A stretch of 62,976 bases of DNA, the filler included, from Craspedostauros australis (Eukaryota), in NCBI GenBank assembly GCA_030167865.1. It is 14 parts of 14 records of this genome, joined end to end, with 100 filler letters (N's around TTAATTAATTAA, not from the genome) between each part and the next. Parts side by side here need not be neighbours in the genome. Positions count along the whole stretch, not along the records: positions 35,868 to 40,872 come from JALAGF010004966.1; positions 40,973 to 45,083 come from JALAGF010004968.1; positions 45,184 to 52,742 come from JALAGF010004970.1; 11 more parts are not named here. One strand, 5' to 3'. The translations under genes were made by a program, and so were the position numbers. Below the pieces are notes generated by a model. That model did no database searches, was not told the origin of the DNA, and saw only the letters and a list, made by a program, of their open reading frames with translations. The stretch's first letter is position 1. The number at the start of each line of letters is the position of its first letter. Positions 37,934 to 48,809 of the stretch are shown here, piece after piece.

Positions 37934-39583
37934 CTATTTCTGCACACCCATCTCCTCATCGGTGTCAGCCTCGGAGCTCTCGTTCTCCTCCTGGTTCAGC
38001 TTGTTCATGGCAGCAGTCTCCATGCGAAGGGCAGACTCGAAGACGGGGGCATTCTCCTCGTTGCTGCAGGCGTTGATCTCCTCGCGAAGTCCCTTGATGT
38101 TAGACAGGATGCGCTCGCGACGGACGGAGTAAGACTCGTTCTGTGTGGCCAAAGCCTTCTGGAGCTCGAGGTACTCGCGTGGGACGGCGGTAGAACCGGC
38201 CTCACCGACAAGCACGTTGGTTCCCAAATGCATGTTGCGGTTGCTCTGGTGGTATGGCTTCATGCCGGCGGCTCGCTCCTCTGGGGTGCCGATGTACACC
38301 TCATCGAGCTGGAAGCCAGAGACGGCCTTGTGAATGGAGGCAAGAACCCAGGCACCGGAGCAGATACCGGTGGCTTCCAACAACAGACAGAACTGGAGGA
38401 AGATGTAGACGATTGGGTTGGAGAGGAAGGCGATGGGGAAGACGGATGCGACCAGCTGCCATGTGATGGAGGCGATGATGGTGGTGATGAGGGCTCCGAG
38501 AAGTCCGGTGTTGAAGAATTCCTGGGTGCTGTCAGAGACTCCGAAGATGTTCTCGCCTTCGCCCACCTCGACATCGAGGGTGGTGACATGGGCGATGATG
38601 AAGAAGCACATGGTCACGCAGATCTGACGTCCGATCATGAATCCTGGAAGGTTGCGTCCGTCACCGCGGAAGAGGAGCTCGCAGGTCTTGCGGGCCATTG
38701 GATGGTCTCCACGCTCCTCCTTTGGAAGCTTGGCGACGGCGAAGAAGGCGATCTGCATACCCTCGAGCATACCAACGATGGACATGAAGAGGAAGAAGAG
38801 GATGACAGCGACTCCGTTTGTCACTCCGGCCCACATGGTGGTCTTTCCATCGAAGAGGGCGACCAGGGTGACGGCCATGGCGTAGCACAGGATGGCGAGG
38901 GAGATGAGGATGCGGCTCCAGTAGAAGAGGTTCTGGGCACCGTCGCGTGGTGGTTCCTTCGACTCGATTTCCTTGCCGGAGGCTCAGACGAAGAACATCT
39001 GGACGAGGTAGCACGAATGCAGAAGTCCAGAGAACTCGATGGCGAGGGCGACGTAGAGGGTGAAGACGGCGAAGAAGTTGTTGATGTAGTCAAGCATGCA
39101 CAGGGAGACGTTGACTTGGGAGTTGAACAGTCCGGCTTGAGCAGTCATGAGGATCATGGCGGCTCCGGATCCGAGGAAGATCTGGATGATGATGTCTGGG
39201 AGTCCGAAGACTTCGGCGTCAGCGAGCGGGGCACCGCACTGGTTGATGGTGAAGACCATGAGGAGGACCATGAACTGACGTCCCATGAGGTAGTGATCGA
39301 GGTTGTCACCCTTGTGGGCGAGGGAGGTGCACTTGTGGCTGGTTGGGTGGGATTCGACGTAGAGGTCGCGGTCGACTGGTGGGAGACCGACGAGGGAACC
39401 CTGTCCTCCCTCCACCATGTTGAGCCAGACAAGGGCGGCGATCATGATGACGACGGCGACCACTGGGTGGACCTCGGACGAGACCTTGGTCTGCTCATTG
39501 AAGACGAGTCCGCAGACGATGGTGATCGAGAAGATGAGGAGTCCAGTGGAGTACACCGACTTGATGAGCTGAATGGGATCCAT
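37934..39583 (-). pseudogene. SIT: Silicon transporter with a single in-frame TGA (38984-38986)
   Basis: All four GXQ motifs (EGGQ, GRQ, EGMQ, GRQ), multiple TM helices, C-terminal coiled coil. Both ORF halves share a frame: ..QMFFV*ASGKEIES.. Confidence 0.93.
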
Positions 39584-39780
39584 CTTGGTTGTTGTTGTGT
39601 TGATACTCTGGTTGTTGCTGTGATTGAGCGTTGCAGAGATTGCGAGATTTGAGATTGTGAGTGATGTACAGTCGGGTTCGATGAATGCCGTGAAGGCATG
39701 TGTGGTTGAATGTGGTCGTACGTGGTCGTATGCAGTTGCACATAACGCATTGGTTTCGAAAATAACGGATGTGACACAAT

Positions 39781-40137
39781 TGTCGCGACATGGGTTATAA
39801 GCGTTAATTTCTTGTGTTCATGCAGGACGTGGACTGGCTCCGTGGTTCGATTCCGCAGCGCGCTATTTTAACATGGTAGCGTGGCCTAAGGTTCGATTCC
39901 GTCGGCTGGTACCCACCCCTGCTACAAAAACACACAGAAACACCCGAAACTTGCCGACTGCCTACAGCGGCAGTATAAAGATAGAGTGTGGGGGGTCCTC
40001 ATGATAGGGGGGCTCAAGGGCATGAATCCAAGAATTAGGGAGGGTGTCGCGANATGGGTTATAAGCGTTAATTTCTTGTGTTCATGCAGGGCGTGGACTG
40101 GCTCCGTGGTTCGATTCCGCAGCGCGCTATTTTAACA
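39781..40137 (+). mobile_element. Complete TRIM (miniature LTR retroelement), 357 bp
   Basis: 93-bp LTRs 39781-39873 and 40045-40137 (TG..CA, 1 mismatch plus 1 N), PBS TGGTAGCGTGG at 39874, PPT AGGGAGGG 40037-40044, TSD CACAAT on both sides. Confidence 0.93.
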
Positions 40138-40478
40138 CACAATCACGTGGAGACGTGCACACATTGAGGACAAAGCGATTTGTGAGTGTGGTTTTGACAT
40201 CGAGCCAGAGAGTACACTGCTCAACGCTCTGCGAGTACAAGATGATGATTGTAGAGTGGTCGATTGTGTATTGTATTCTTTGTTGTATTCTGTTCTATTG
40301 TATTCTATGTTCTATGGTGTATGGGGTGCTGTATGGTTGCTGTATTGGTGTTGGTGCTCGGTCGTGATGAGATTCACTTCCTTGCGTGAAAAATTGTGTG
40401 TGTGTGGAGATGTGCGAGAATGTGCACGAGGATGCGCGAGGATTCACAACAAGCCTCGTGGTGCTGCAGCGCATTTGT

Positions 40479-40872
40479 TTATGCCATGACGCTGTCATCC
40501 GAAGACTGAAGACGAGCCATGAAGAGGTCAGTCATGCGGTTGCCGCCCTGGAGCTTCGCAGACTTCACGATGCTTGACACATCCTTGTCCCAGATCTCCT
40601 CGTATGACTTGATCAGTCCGGACACTGGGCAGCGCTTCATGACGACGGTTCCGCTCAGGAAGCACTTGGGCGAGAATGGACCGCGGAATGTCAAGTCCTC
40701 CTCGAAGCGGAAGGTCACGGCGTGCTTGGTCACCGAAAGGGTGTCCTCGATGAGTCGCGACTCGCATTCAGCTGCGTCAAAGAGCATGCGGCAGCCGCGG
40801 ACCCATTGCTCGCGGTAGTACTTGCCATCGAGGTCGGATCCGTCCTTGAAGGTGGCCTGCTCATCGTAGATG
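40479..40872 (-). CDS. C-terminal part of a probable NTF2/SnoaL-fold protein; 5' truncated
   Basis: IYDEQATFKD..LSGTVVMKRCPVSGLIKSYEEIWD; strong codon bias. Confidence 0.7.
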
Positions 40873-41245
40873 NNNNNNNNNNNNNNNNNNNNNNNNNNNN
40901 NNNNNNNNNNNNNNNNTTAATTAATTAANNNNNNNNNNNNNNNNNNNNNNNNNNNNNNNNNNNNNNNNNNNNCGCTGACGCCAACAACCATCACACCGAC
41001 TGCACAAGCGCAACAACAGGAACAACATCCGTTGCTGTTGCGACCTCTGCCGTCATCGGGCAACAAACCACTTCCGACGTCGTCGGTATCGGCCACGCAT
41101 CGACCAGGGTTACCACTCATTGTTGCAATCATCATCATTGGACATGCGAAGGAGCGATTATGCACTACTATCACGGGACGCTTCACAAGCCACATATCCC
41201 CCATCGCATCACGCACCACACGTCCCTTTACGATTGACTTGCACG

Positions 41246-42697
41246 ATGAACATCAAGCACCTGTGCGTGGACCTTTCCGCGCACGGCCTCGGCCACTTAG
41301 CTCAAACATCTGCCGTCCTCAATTCTCTCTGCGCCAACCTAAAACAGCGAGCACCCATCCAATCACAACTGCAAGCACCATCACAAGCACCACAACATCC
41401 TCCCTCTAACCTAAAGCTGACCATCCGATCAAACCATAAGACCAAGAATATTCGGCAACGCGTGCATGCCTTTGCAAATTACCAACAAGGTGTTGATTGC
41501 GACAACAACACCAGCAGCGATGAACATCAGCCTGGCGCAAACGGAAGGCATACCAGCACGACCGACCCGAACCTATGCCTGATTCCGTATGAACAAGATA
41601 TCGGCCTATCCATGATCGATGCCATGACTTGCGATCTCGAAAGCAGCGGCCGATGGTATCTGGACAATCACTTGAACTACAAGCAGCGGGTGTCCGAGGC
41701 TGCGTACAAATTGGAGCAGCTCCAACCGGACGTGCTGTTCTGCAACATACCCTTCGTCTCCATCGAAGCGGCGGCGCTCGTGGGCATCCCTTCAGTCGCC
41801 ATGTGCAGCTTAAATTGGGCCGACATCTTTCACGGCTACTTCGTCGAGCACGAGACTCAGTTCGATAGAACAGTCATGACCGAGGCATACGAGCAGATGC
41901 TGAACGCGTACTCCAAGGCGGACGTCTTCCTACGACCCACCCCTTCCATGGATATGGCAAGTTTGCACAACACGCAGGAGATTGGACCGATCATATCCGA
42001 AGGCACGCGGCGTGATCTGCGAGACATCGTGTTCACAGCAACCGGATGCCGTTTCCACAAATTCGTCTTGATTGGCCTCGGAGGGCTGAAGTCCAACGGC
42101 ATTCCCGAGTACCTGAATCAATGGCCCAAGATCGACGGCACCGCGTTCATCTTCCCAGATTCCGCATTGGCAGCGTTCGAAAGCGCCGACGCTCACGACC
42201 AAGACGGTTTAAGAAACGATCCAGAGCTGAAATCTCCAAGCTCGCGTCGAGGTGCTCGCAATGAGTGCCGACCCGATTTCATTCCTCAATCCGTCGTGGA
42301 ACGGTCCATCCCGTACATCGATATCGTCGCATCGGTTGACTGCATCATGACGAAGACTGGGTACGGAACTCAGACGGAAGCCGTGCTCCACCAGGTCCCA
42401 ACGTTGTGCATGGAGCGCCGTGATTGGCCCGAACACGCTGCGCTGAAGCGATGGCACTCCGCCCACGGCCCTGTCATCTTTTCAGAATGGAAGCCAGCCG
42501 AGCTGTTTGGCTGCGACCGCAACGACTTCGACAGCCTCATGCAGTCGGGTACCGCCCACGGATGCAACCTCAGTGCGCACTTCGAGGAACTCCTGGGTGC
42601 TGACAGCAAGGATTGGGCCAAGTATCCACCCATCCAATCCACCGGCGCTCAAGAAGCTGTCTCGATCCTCGAGCGGATGCTCTTCCCGCCCAACTGA
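41246..42697 (+). CDS. GT-B fold glycosyltransferase-like protein (resembles the arabinokinase N-terminal domain family)
   Basis: SAHGLGH, PDVLFCNIPF, SLNWADIF, LIGLGG, YIDIVASVDCIMTKTGYGT.EA, RRDWPE; intronless. Confidence 0.85.
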   Translation: MNIKHLCVDLSAHGLGHLAQTSAVLNSLCANLKQRAPIQSQLQAPSQAPQHPPSNLKLTIRSNHKTKNIRQRVHAFANYQQGVDCDNNTSSDEHQPGANGRHTSTTDPNLCLIPYEQDIGLSMIDAMTCDLESSGRWYLDNHLNYKQRVSEAAYKLEQLQPDVLFCNIPFVSIEAAALVGIPSVAMCSLNWADIFHGYFVEHETQFDRTVMTEAYEQMLNAYSKADVFLRPTPSMDMASLHNTQEIGPIISEGTRRDLRDIVFTATGCRFHKFVLIGLGGLKSNGIPEYLNQWPKIDGTAFIFPDSALAAFESADAHDQDGLRNDPELKSPSSRRGARNECRPDFIPQSVVERSIPYIDIVASVDCIMTKTGYGTQTEAVLHQVPTLCMERRDWPEHAALKRWHSAHGPVIFSEWKPAELFGCDRNDFDSLMQSGTAHGCNLSAHFEELLGADSKDWAKYPPIQSTGAQEAVSILERMLFPPN

Positions 42698-43526
42698 GGC
42701 GACGTATGCACAAGTACGGATGGGTACAAGTTTCGCCTGACCGCGGTTCCTCCATGTTCAATGTCGTGTTCTAATCTCGGCATTGCAAACGAGTGGCGTA
42801 GAATAACGTAGAACGTGAATAGTGTCTCGTGAATGGAACAGCCACAGAGATTGATTCGAATGACGAGGCACACTCGAGGCCTCATGTTACATGCATTGAA
42901 GTTCGCGCCAAGACTCACTCGAGTGTCATCTTTCGAGACTAACTTGTATGATAGCTCGTAGAGTACCACCATTCTGGACGCACTGCTGCTCATACGAGCT
43001 GCTCCACTCCACGAGTACGCGATTCATCATGCTTCAATGGCTCGTATTTCTTCCGTACTACTTCTGTATTTGTGTCGGATACATCTCCTCTACGACCTTG
43101 GCACGTCACGACGACTGGACGGTTGCAAGCAGGGCGAGAGCAAAACTTGAACCAAAGTCACGCCGCGCCGTTCACAGTGTTGTATTATTCGAATTTGGAT
43201 TCAATTCGGAGACCCACAACAGTGCCACCAAGGAACGCATGGTGTCAACCGGAGAGTATGGTGCTTGCATTCTTGCGGTTTCAAATCTAAAGAAAGGCTG
43301 GAGCGACTCGGTCGCTTGGGGAGAGCACTGCACACGAACACCAAATCTCCGCTCCAAACAAGAGGGGGTAGGTCCGCGACCATTCGGACGTGCCCAAAGA
43401 TTGGCAATTGTGATTGCAATGTTTTGCTCCATCTCTGTGGCTGGGAACAGGAGCGTGCGTCGCTTCACATGCCGTTGGGGTGGTGTCTTCTCATCCAGTG
43501 TGATTCCTCTCAGCACCCTCTCACAC

Positions 43527-45083
43527 AGGGACACCCGGCAAAAAGCAGCGGAGACGGAAACTCGACTAGTACGACTAATTCGACATCGAAAAACGATTTT
43601 GTCACCAGACACAAGAAAGCCGCAATTGACATTCCACGATTGGCGAAGAACGGATGTTCTTTCGAAGAACTTAGTGAGACATCCTGTTGGCCCTACTTCG
43701 GACAAATACAACGAGGCATCGATGCCGCTGGCCCAAATGACCGAGTCCCGTCAATACCGATGACAATCAGCGCCTAAATCTAAATAAATCGAATGACGAC
43801 TATTTATTTCGAATGACGTCTAAGTGAATCAAATGACGTCTAAATATATCTAATGACGTCTAAATAAATCAAATGACGTCTAAATATATCTAATGACGTC
43901 TAAATCAATCGCACAAGTTTATCATTCGTGACCCAAGAAGACAAGGTCGGGAAGTGATCGAACTAATCAAGTGCGCTTGGTCACACAAGCAAACCACAAA
44001 ATGGTGGCCTCATCGGCCTTGCCCTGCTCTGGACAGATCACAACAGAGACGAGTGTGGAGTTGGAGTGTTGTTGTCTACGTTTTAATGTAATGACTACTG
44101 TATACATGTGAAACAGACTGTAGAAAGAGTTCGTGGTCACACTGCAAAGAGTTCTGATCCGTTGTCCATTTGGTACTGTATGATGACACACACTGCTTCG
44201 AAAGCATGCATGTGACACTCGTACCCATGGCGAAAAGTGTCGTCCATCGACTTGAATTTCTTGATCCGCCCGTTGAAGCTTTCGTGACGACATCGTGCCC
44301 GACTTTTGAACTTGGCGAGCCGCCACGAGTCGGTACCGCTTGGAAGTGACAGTTGTTCGCGTTGAGCCGCCACGCTGGTTTGGTATCCACGATCGGCGAT
44401 GGCAAGTTTCCCTGTTGCCAGTTTGTCCATGAGACCATGACGGAAAATAGCCCGGTCGTGGGTGCCACCAGGGACACCCGGCAAAAAGCAACGGAAACGT
44501 ATTTCGACTAGTACGACTACTTTGACATCCAAAACCAATTTTGTCACTCAGACACAAGAAGCCCGCAATTGACATTTCACGATTGGCGAAGAACGAATCT
44601 CCTCTCGAAGAACTTACTGAGGAATTCTGTTGGACCTATTTCGGAGAAACAAACCGAGGCATTGATGCCGCTGGCCAAATTGATCGAGTCCCGTATATGC
44701 CGATGACAAACAGCTTCTAATTCTAAATAAATCGAATGACGGATAAATAAATCGAATTGCGGATATTATTTTCGAATGACGGATAAATAAATCGAATGAC
44801 GGATAAATAAATCAAATAACGTCTAAATATATCTAATGACGGATAAATAAATCGAATGACGGATATTATTTTCGAATGACGGATAAATAAATCGAATGAC
44901 GGATATTATTTTCGAATGACGGATAAATAAATCGCACCATTTTGTCACTCGTGACCCAAGAAGACAAGGTCGGGAAGTGATCGAACTAATCAAGTGCACT
45001 TGGTCACACAAACAAACCACGAAATGGTGGCTCTCCTCGACTCTGCCCTGCTCTGGACAGATCACAACAGAGACGAGTGTGGA
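43527..45083. repeat. Tandem ~1-kb duplication, each copy containing an AT-rich minisatellite (TAAATAAATCGAATGACGGA-like)
   Basis: 43527-44060 resembles 44470-45083; minisatellite at ~43780-43910 and ~44725-44930. Confidence 0.85.
44137..44470 (-). mobile_element. C-terminal fragment of a DDE_Tnp_4 transposase
   Basis: DRAIFR, ADRGY, RARCRHESFNGRIKKF..FRH; same family as 7181-8190. Confidence 0.85.
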
Positions 45084-45183
45084 NNNNNNNNNNNNNNNNN
45101 NNNNNNNNNNNNNNNNNNNNNNNNNNNTTAATTAATTAANNNNNNNNNNNNNNNNNNNNNNNNNNNNNNNNNNNNNNNNNNNN

Positions 45184-46324
45184 TATGCATCCGTCGATTG
45201 TGTTGGAAACGCGGCTCGATGCTGATGATGGTCTGCACAAGCAGTTCGTGGAGCACATCCAGAATGTGGCCCGTTCCGATCTTGCGCACGTCGTCACGAA
45301 ATCAATACGGTGGGAATCACTGCCGTGGCGCATCTGGTGTCCTGGGAGGCACATGGAATGGCAGTACCAATCATTGATCGATGCTAACGGCAGTGGCGAT
45401 GGCGATGGCGACGGCAATGCCAATGGCGATGATAAGGATACTGATAAGGATACTGACAAGGATACTGACATCCATTCCGAAGCATCGATGGGAAGCCTGT
45501 TTCTGCTTCGTGTGAAGGAGTGTGTCACGGCAGGGCTGACCATTGGGTTCGTCCTTCCCACCACCACATCACCACCTCCACTACCATCGTCATCGTCGTC
45601 ACTATCATCATCACTTCCTGCTCCAATCAACTCGCAATCAGATCAACAGCACGGCCAAGAGCAACAGCTCGTCCCCATCCAACAACTCCAGACCATACAG
45701 CTACCTCATCATCGGCACACGTCACTCCGCAAGGACGTCAAGTCATGCAACGAAGACAAGAACAGAACCATCCATTGCGTTTCGACGCTGGAGTTGATTC
45801 CCACAGCATTGCGTGCACGGACGCCAACATCAGCAGGGATGAGGAATGTCCTGCATTCACCCAAACATCGAAATCATCCGTCAACAGACACAATGGACGC
45901 AACTTCAAACACGAACGCAGCAGGCACAGGCACAGGCACAACGGGTGCAATGAGTACGATGAGTACGATGGGAATGGATTCAGAAAGTACCAACAGCACC
46001 AACAGTATCAACAGTGTCAACAGTACCTCCGCCATGGAGCGTGGTTCATCTCGCACATCCACCAAAGATACCAAAGACAACAATGATGCCAACGAGGAAT
46101 ATCGCAAAAGGGGTGCACAGAAGCAGCTTCAGCAGCAGGGCAAGCTGTGGTCGATTGCGAAGAGTCGGTTCGGCATGTCTCAACAGGATGGGAGCGAGAT
46201 GCATCGGTACCTGCAGAGTCGCCTTTCCGCAATCGCTCATGACAACTGGGTGGGCCAATGCACGCATGGTCACTCGTGCAAGACTTCCAGCCGTCTTGTT
46301 TTGGAGTCGATGATGAAGGAATGA
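45184..46324 (+). CDS. 3' part of the GT-A-like gene that begins at 50410
   Basis: 45184-45885 is identical to 52041-52742; frame continues to a stop at 46324. Confidence 0.85.
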
Positions 46325-46637
46325 AGGAATGACGAAGTGAAAGGAAGAAGCCGAGAGAGTAAAGCTCTCTGACTCTGACTCTCTCTCCACGATACGCACT
46401 CGTATGGCATAACACACACGCGATAAATTGCCATGCTCTTTTCCAATGCGCAAGCAAGCAGTTTTGCAGGTACGGGTGGAGCATCAATGTTTACGTACGT
46501 ACGAGCTGTATGATTATTATTATACAATAGACTACCAATGTGTGTGATACTCTACTCTGCTGCACTATGGAATATTATGCCTGTTGCACAACACTAGTCG
46601 TATGGTGTGCCCGCATGCATCATTCCCACGATGCATC

Positions 46638-48809
46638 TCACAAGAACAGGATCATCGAAGCTGGCAGCAGCAGCAGCTGCGCCAGACAACCCGCGATCAA
46701 TGCCATCGCTGGTTTCGTTGATGCGTCGGATGCTGGAGTTGGCATGGATGTTGGAACGGACGTTGGCAGGCTGACGGGCAAATCAGTGTGCGATGACGAT
46801 GGCGCGATGCTCGGAGTACTGCTTGGCTCAGAAGACGGTGATTGCGATGGCAGTTCCACCACAAGATCTGCAAGGTCGAAGTTTTCCGGGAGCACCAGTC
46901 CCTCGATGATGTGAACGATCCCATTGGAGGCAAGGAAGTTGGTCTCCAACACCTTGACTCCGTTGACGGTGAGCTCGGTTGACGATCTTTCAAGATTGAA
47001 GACTCTCCCATTCTGCGCGGCCAACCATGTCACGCCGAAATCGATCTGGTTGATCGAGGCGACCTCAAGAGACATGTGCCCGTCAATGATGTCAAAAATA
47101 AGATCGGGTCGGTCCAACAGCTTTGCGTAAGCTGCTGGATCCTGCTGTTCCAACTTTTGAAAGGCTTCATCCGTGGGCGCCATGAGGGTGACGTCGGTCT
47201 CTCCGACAAGCTTGCTCTTCAGCTGTGGGCTGCGTTGGATCATCATGGCGAGGGTTCTCAAAGAGTCGTTCGTGCTGACCACGTCGACAATGGACATCCC
47301 GAACCATAATGGGACATGCGCGGCGTCGATGGTATGGACGACGCCTAGATTGAACGAGGTGATATCTGCCTTGACAATTGTGGCTATGCCGTTGATGGTA
47401 ATGCTGGGATCACCGGAGGACGTGGCTTCGCCACCAGGCTCGGTGACGGAGATGAGCAGCGGGTTGGCATCGAGGGTGCGTAGCTGATCCCCGTCATTCA
47501 TGGATTCGGTCGTCACGATTTGACCGGTGACAATGTAACGTAGCGCGAAGTCTTCGGCGTGAGCAGCAAATCCCGGCGGTATGCGCTTTTCGCGAAAGAG
47601 AGATGCGAGATCGGAGATGGCGCTGTTTCTTGGGGCGAAGACCGTGACATTCGGTTCCAGCTTGAGAGCGTTGAGAGCAATGGGTGCGTAGGCTACAATC
47701 GTGTGAAAATTGGCGAGGTCGTCATCGAGCACAAGGCGCTCCAACGCTGTCGTCGGAAGAATCGGCGATGTGACGAAATGAAAGTAACCGTTTGAAGCGA
47801 CCAAAGAGATTCCAAGAAAACTCCCCCCTCCAACAATAACAGCATTTTCAGTCTCACGTAGAGTAAGGCGAGTGAACGTGAGCTCCTGACCAAGCAAGGT
47901 GATGGGGACCGCATTCTCATTCTCATTCTCGGTAATAAGAAGCCTGTCGAAGGGATCATTGACGATGTGCTGCAGCAGCAAGTTCCTGCGAAGGACGGGG
48001 TCCTCGAAATGGCGAACGTAGAGTGGATTCAAGAGGGCTCTATTCATTTCGGGGTTGGTGACAAGGAAGGCCGTGTAACCAGCGTTGGTGTCAATCAGGT
48101 CGAGCAGACCCTCCTCCTGGAGCATGTCACGGAAGTTGGTGGAGGAGACGTCATCCGATACACTCTGCGCAAGATTTCGTCGCATCCATCTACTGGTGAT
48201 GACCGAGTCAATGATGTGGACGATCCCGTTGGTCGCAGGGATAGATCGGATGACGTTGGCGGTGCCGTCGAACGTGGAAATGGTGAAGTCACCAGACGGA
48301 GATCCGGTGAGCCTCCAAAAAGGGAATTCATTCCGTCTGAGGAGCTCCACAAAGACAGCGTCAATGAAGGTGTCCGGATCGAGGAGGATGTGGCTTTCGA
48401 CGAAAAGACGAGACTGTTCACGCCACCTTCCTCCGTCAAACTGGTTGAGAAGGGCCTGGTTGAAGTTCCCCATTGCCTCGTTGCTGGGGAGCAGCATCGT
48501 GAAGAACCTTCGTGCAAATCTGATGTTCTTGTTGTCAACGATGAGATCGACAACTTCGACAAACCTGGACAGTTCCGGCTCCGATGTCATGATCTCCGCA
48601 ACCGTCAAGGTGGGCGAGGCTGCCCTGCGCGAAGCGACTGCGGACGAGCGCCCATGGTCCGTGCCAATGGTCTGATCAGCTTCAACTTGAATGCCGACGC
48701 CGGTGTCGATCACACCAACTCCAACGTCGTGCAACTCGCCAATGCAGACGCACTCGTGTGCAAAGGCAACAGCCACGACGGCCACCAGAGGCTTCCACGT
48801 TGCCCTCAT
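46638..48809 (-). CDS. Fasciclin (4x FAS1) surface protein with signal peptide and probable GPI tail
   Basis: TVFAPRNSA/TLMAPTDEAF (H1) and ATNGIVHIID/ASNGIVHIIE (H2) motifs, P/S stalk, hydrophobic ends. Confidence 0.92.
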   Translation of the reverse strand: MRATWKPLVAVVAVAFAHECVCIGELHDVGVGVIDTGVGIQVEADQTIGTDHGRSSAVASRRAASPTLTVAEIMTSEPELSRFVEVVDLIVDNKNIRFARRFFTMLLPSNEAMGNFNQALLNQFDGGRWREQSRLFVESHILLDPDTFIDAVFVELLRRNEFPFWRLTGSPSGDFTISTFDGTANVIRSIPATNGIVHIIDSVITSRWMRRNLAQSVSDDVSSTNFRDMLQEEGLLDLIDTNAGYTAFLVTNPEMNRALLNPLYVRHFEDPVLRRNLLLQHIVNDPFDRLLITENENENAVPITLLGQELTFTRLTLRETENAVIVGGGSFLGISLVASNGYFHFVTSPILPTTALERLVLDDDLANFHTIVAYAPIALNALKLEPNVTVFAPRNSAISDLASLFREKRIPPGFAAHAEDFALRYIVTGQIVTTESMNDGDQLRTLDANPLLISVTEPGGEATSSGDPSITINGIATIVKADITSFNLGVVHTIDAAHVPLWFGMSIVDVVSTNDSLRTLAMMIQRSPQLKSKLVGETDVTLMAPTDEAFQKLEQQDPAAYAKLLDRPDLIFDIIDGHMSLEVASINQIDFGVTWLAAQNGRVFNLERSSTELTVNGVKVLETNFLASNGIVHIIEGLVLPENFDLADLVVELPSQSPSSEPSSTPSIAPSSSHTDLPVSLPTSVPTSMPTPASDASTKPAMALIAGCLAQLLLLPASMILFL

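Noticed and set aside
38984..38986. TGA as selenocysteine
   Set aside because: The position does not look like a catalytic Cys and I could not identify a SECIS; a nonsense mutation is simpler
37754..39652. 632-aa ORF antisense to SIT
   Set aside because: Shadow ORF expected from strong codon bias; no recognisable motifs
44725..44930. CRISPR-like repeat array
   Set aside because: No unique spacers and no cas genes; a eukaryotic minisatellite
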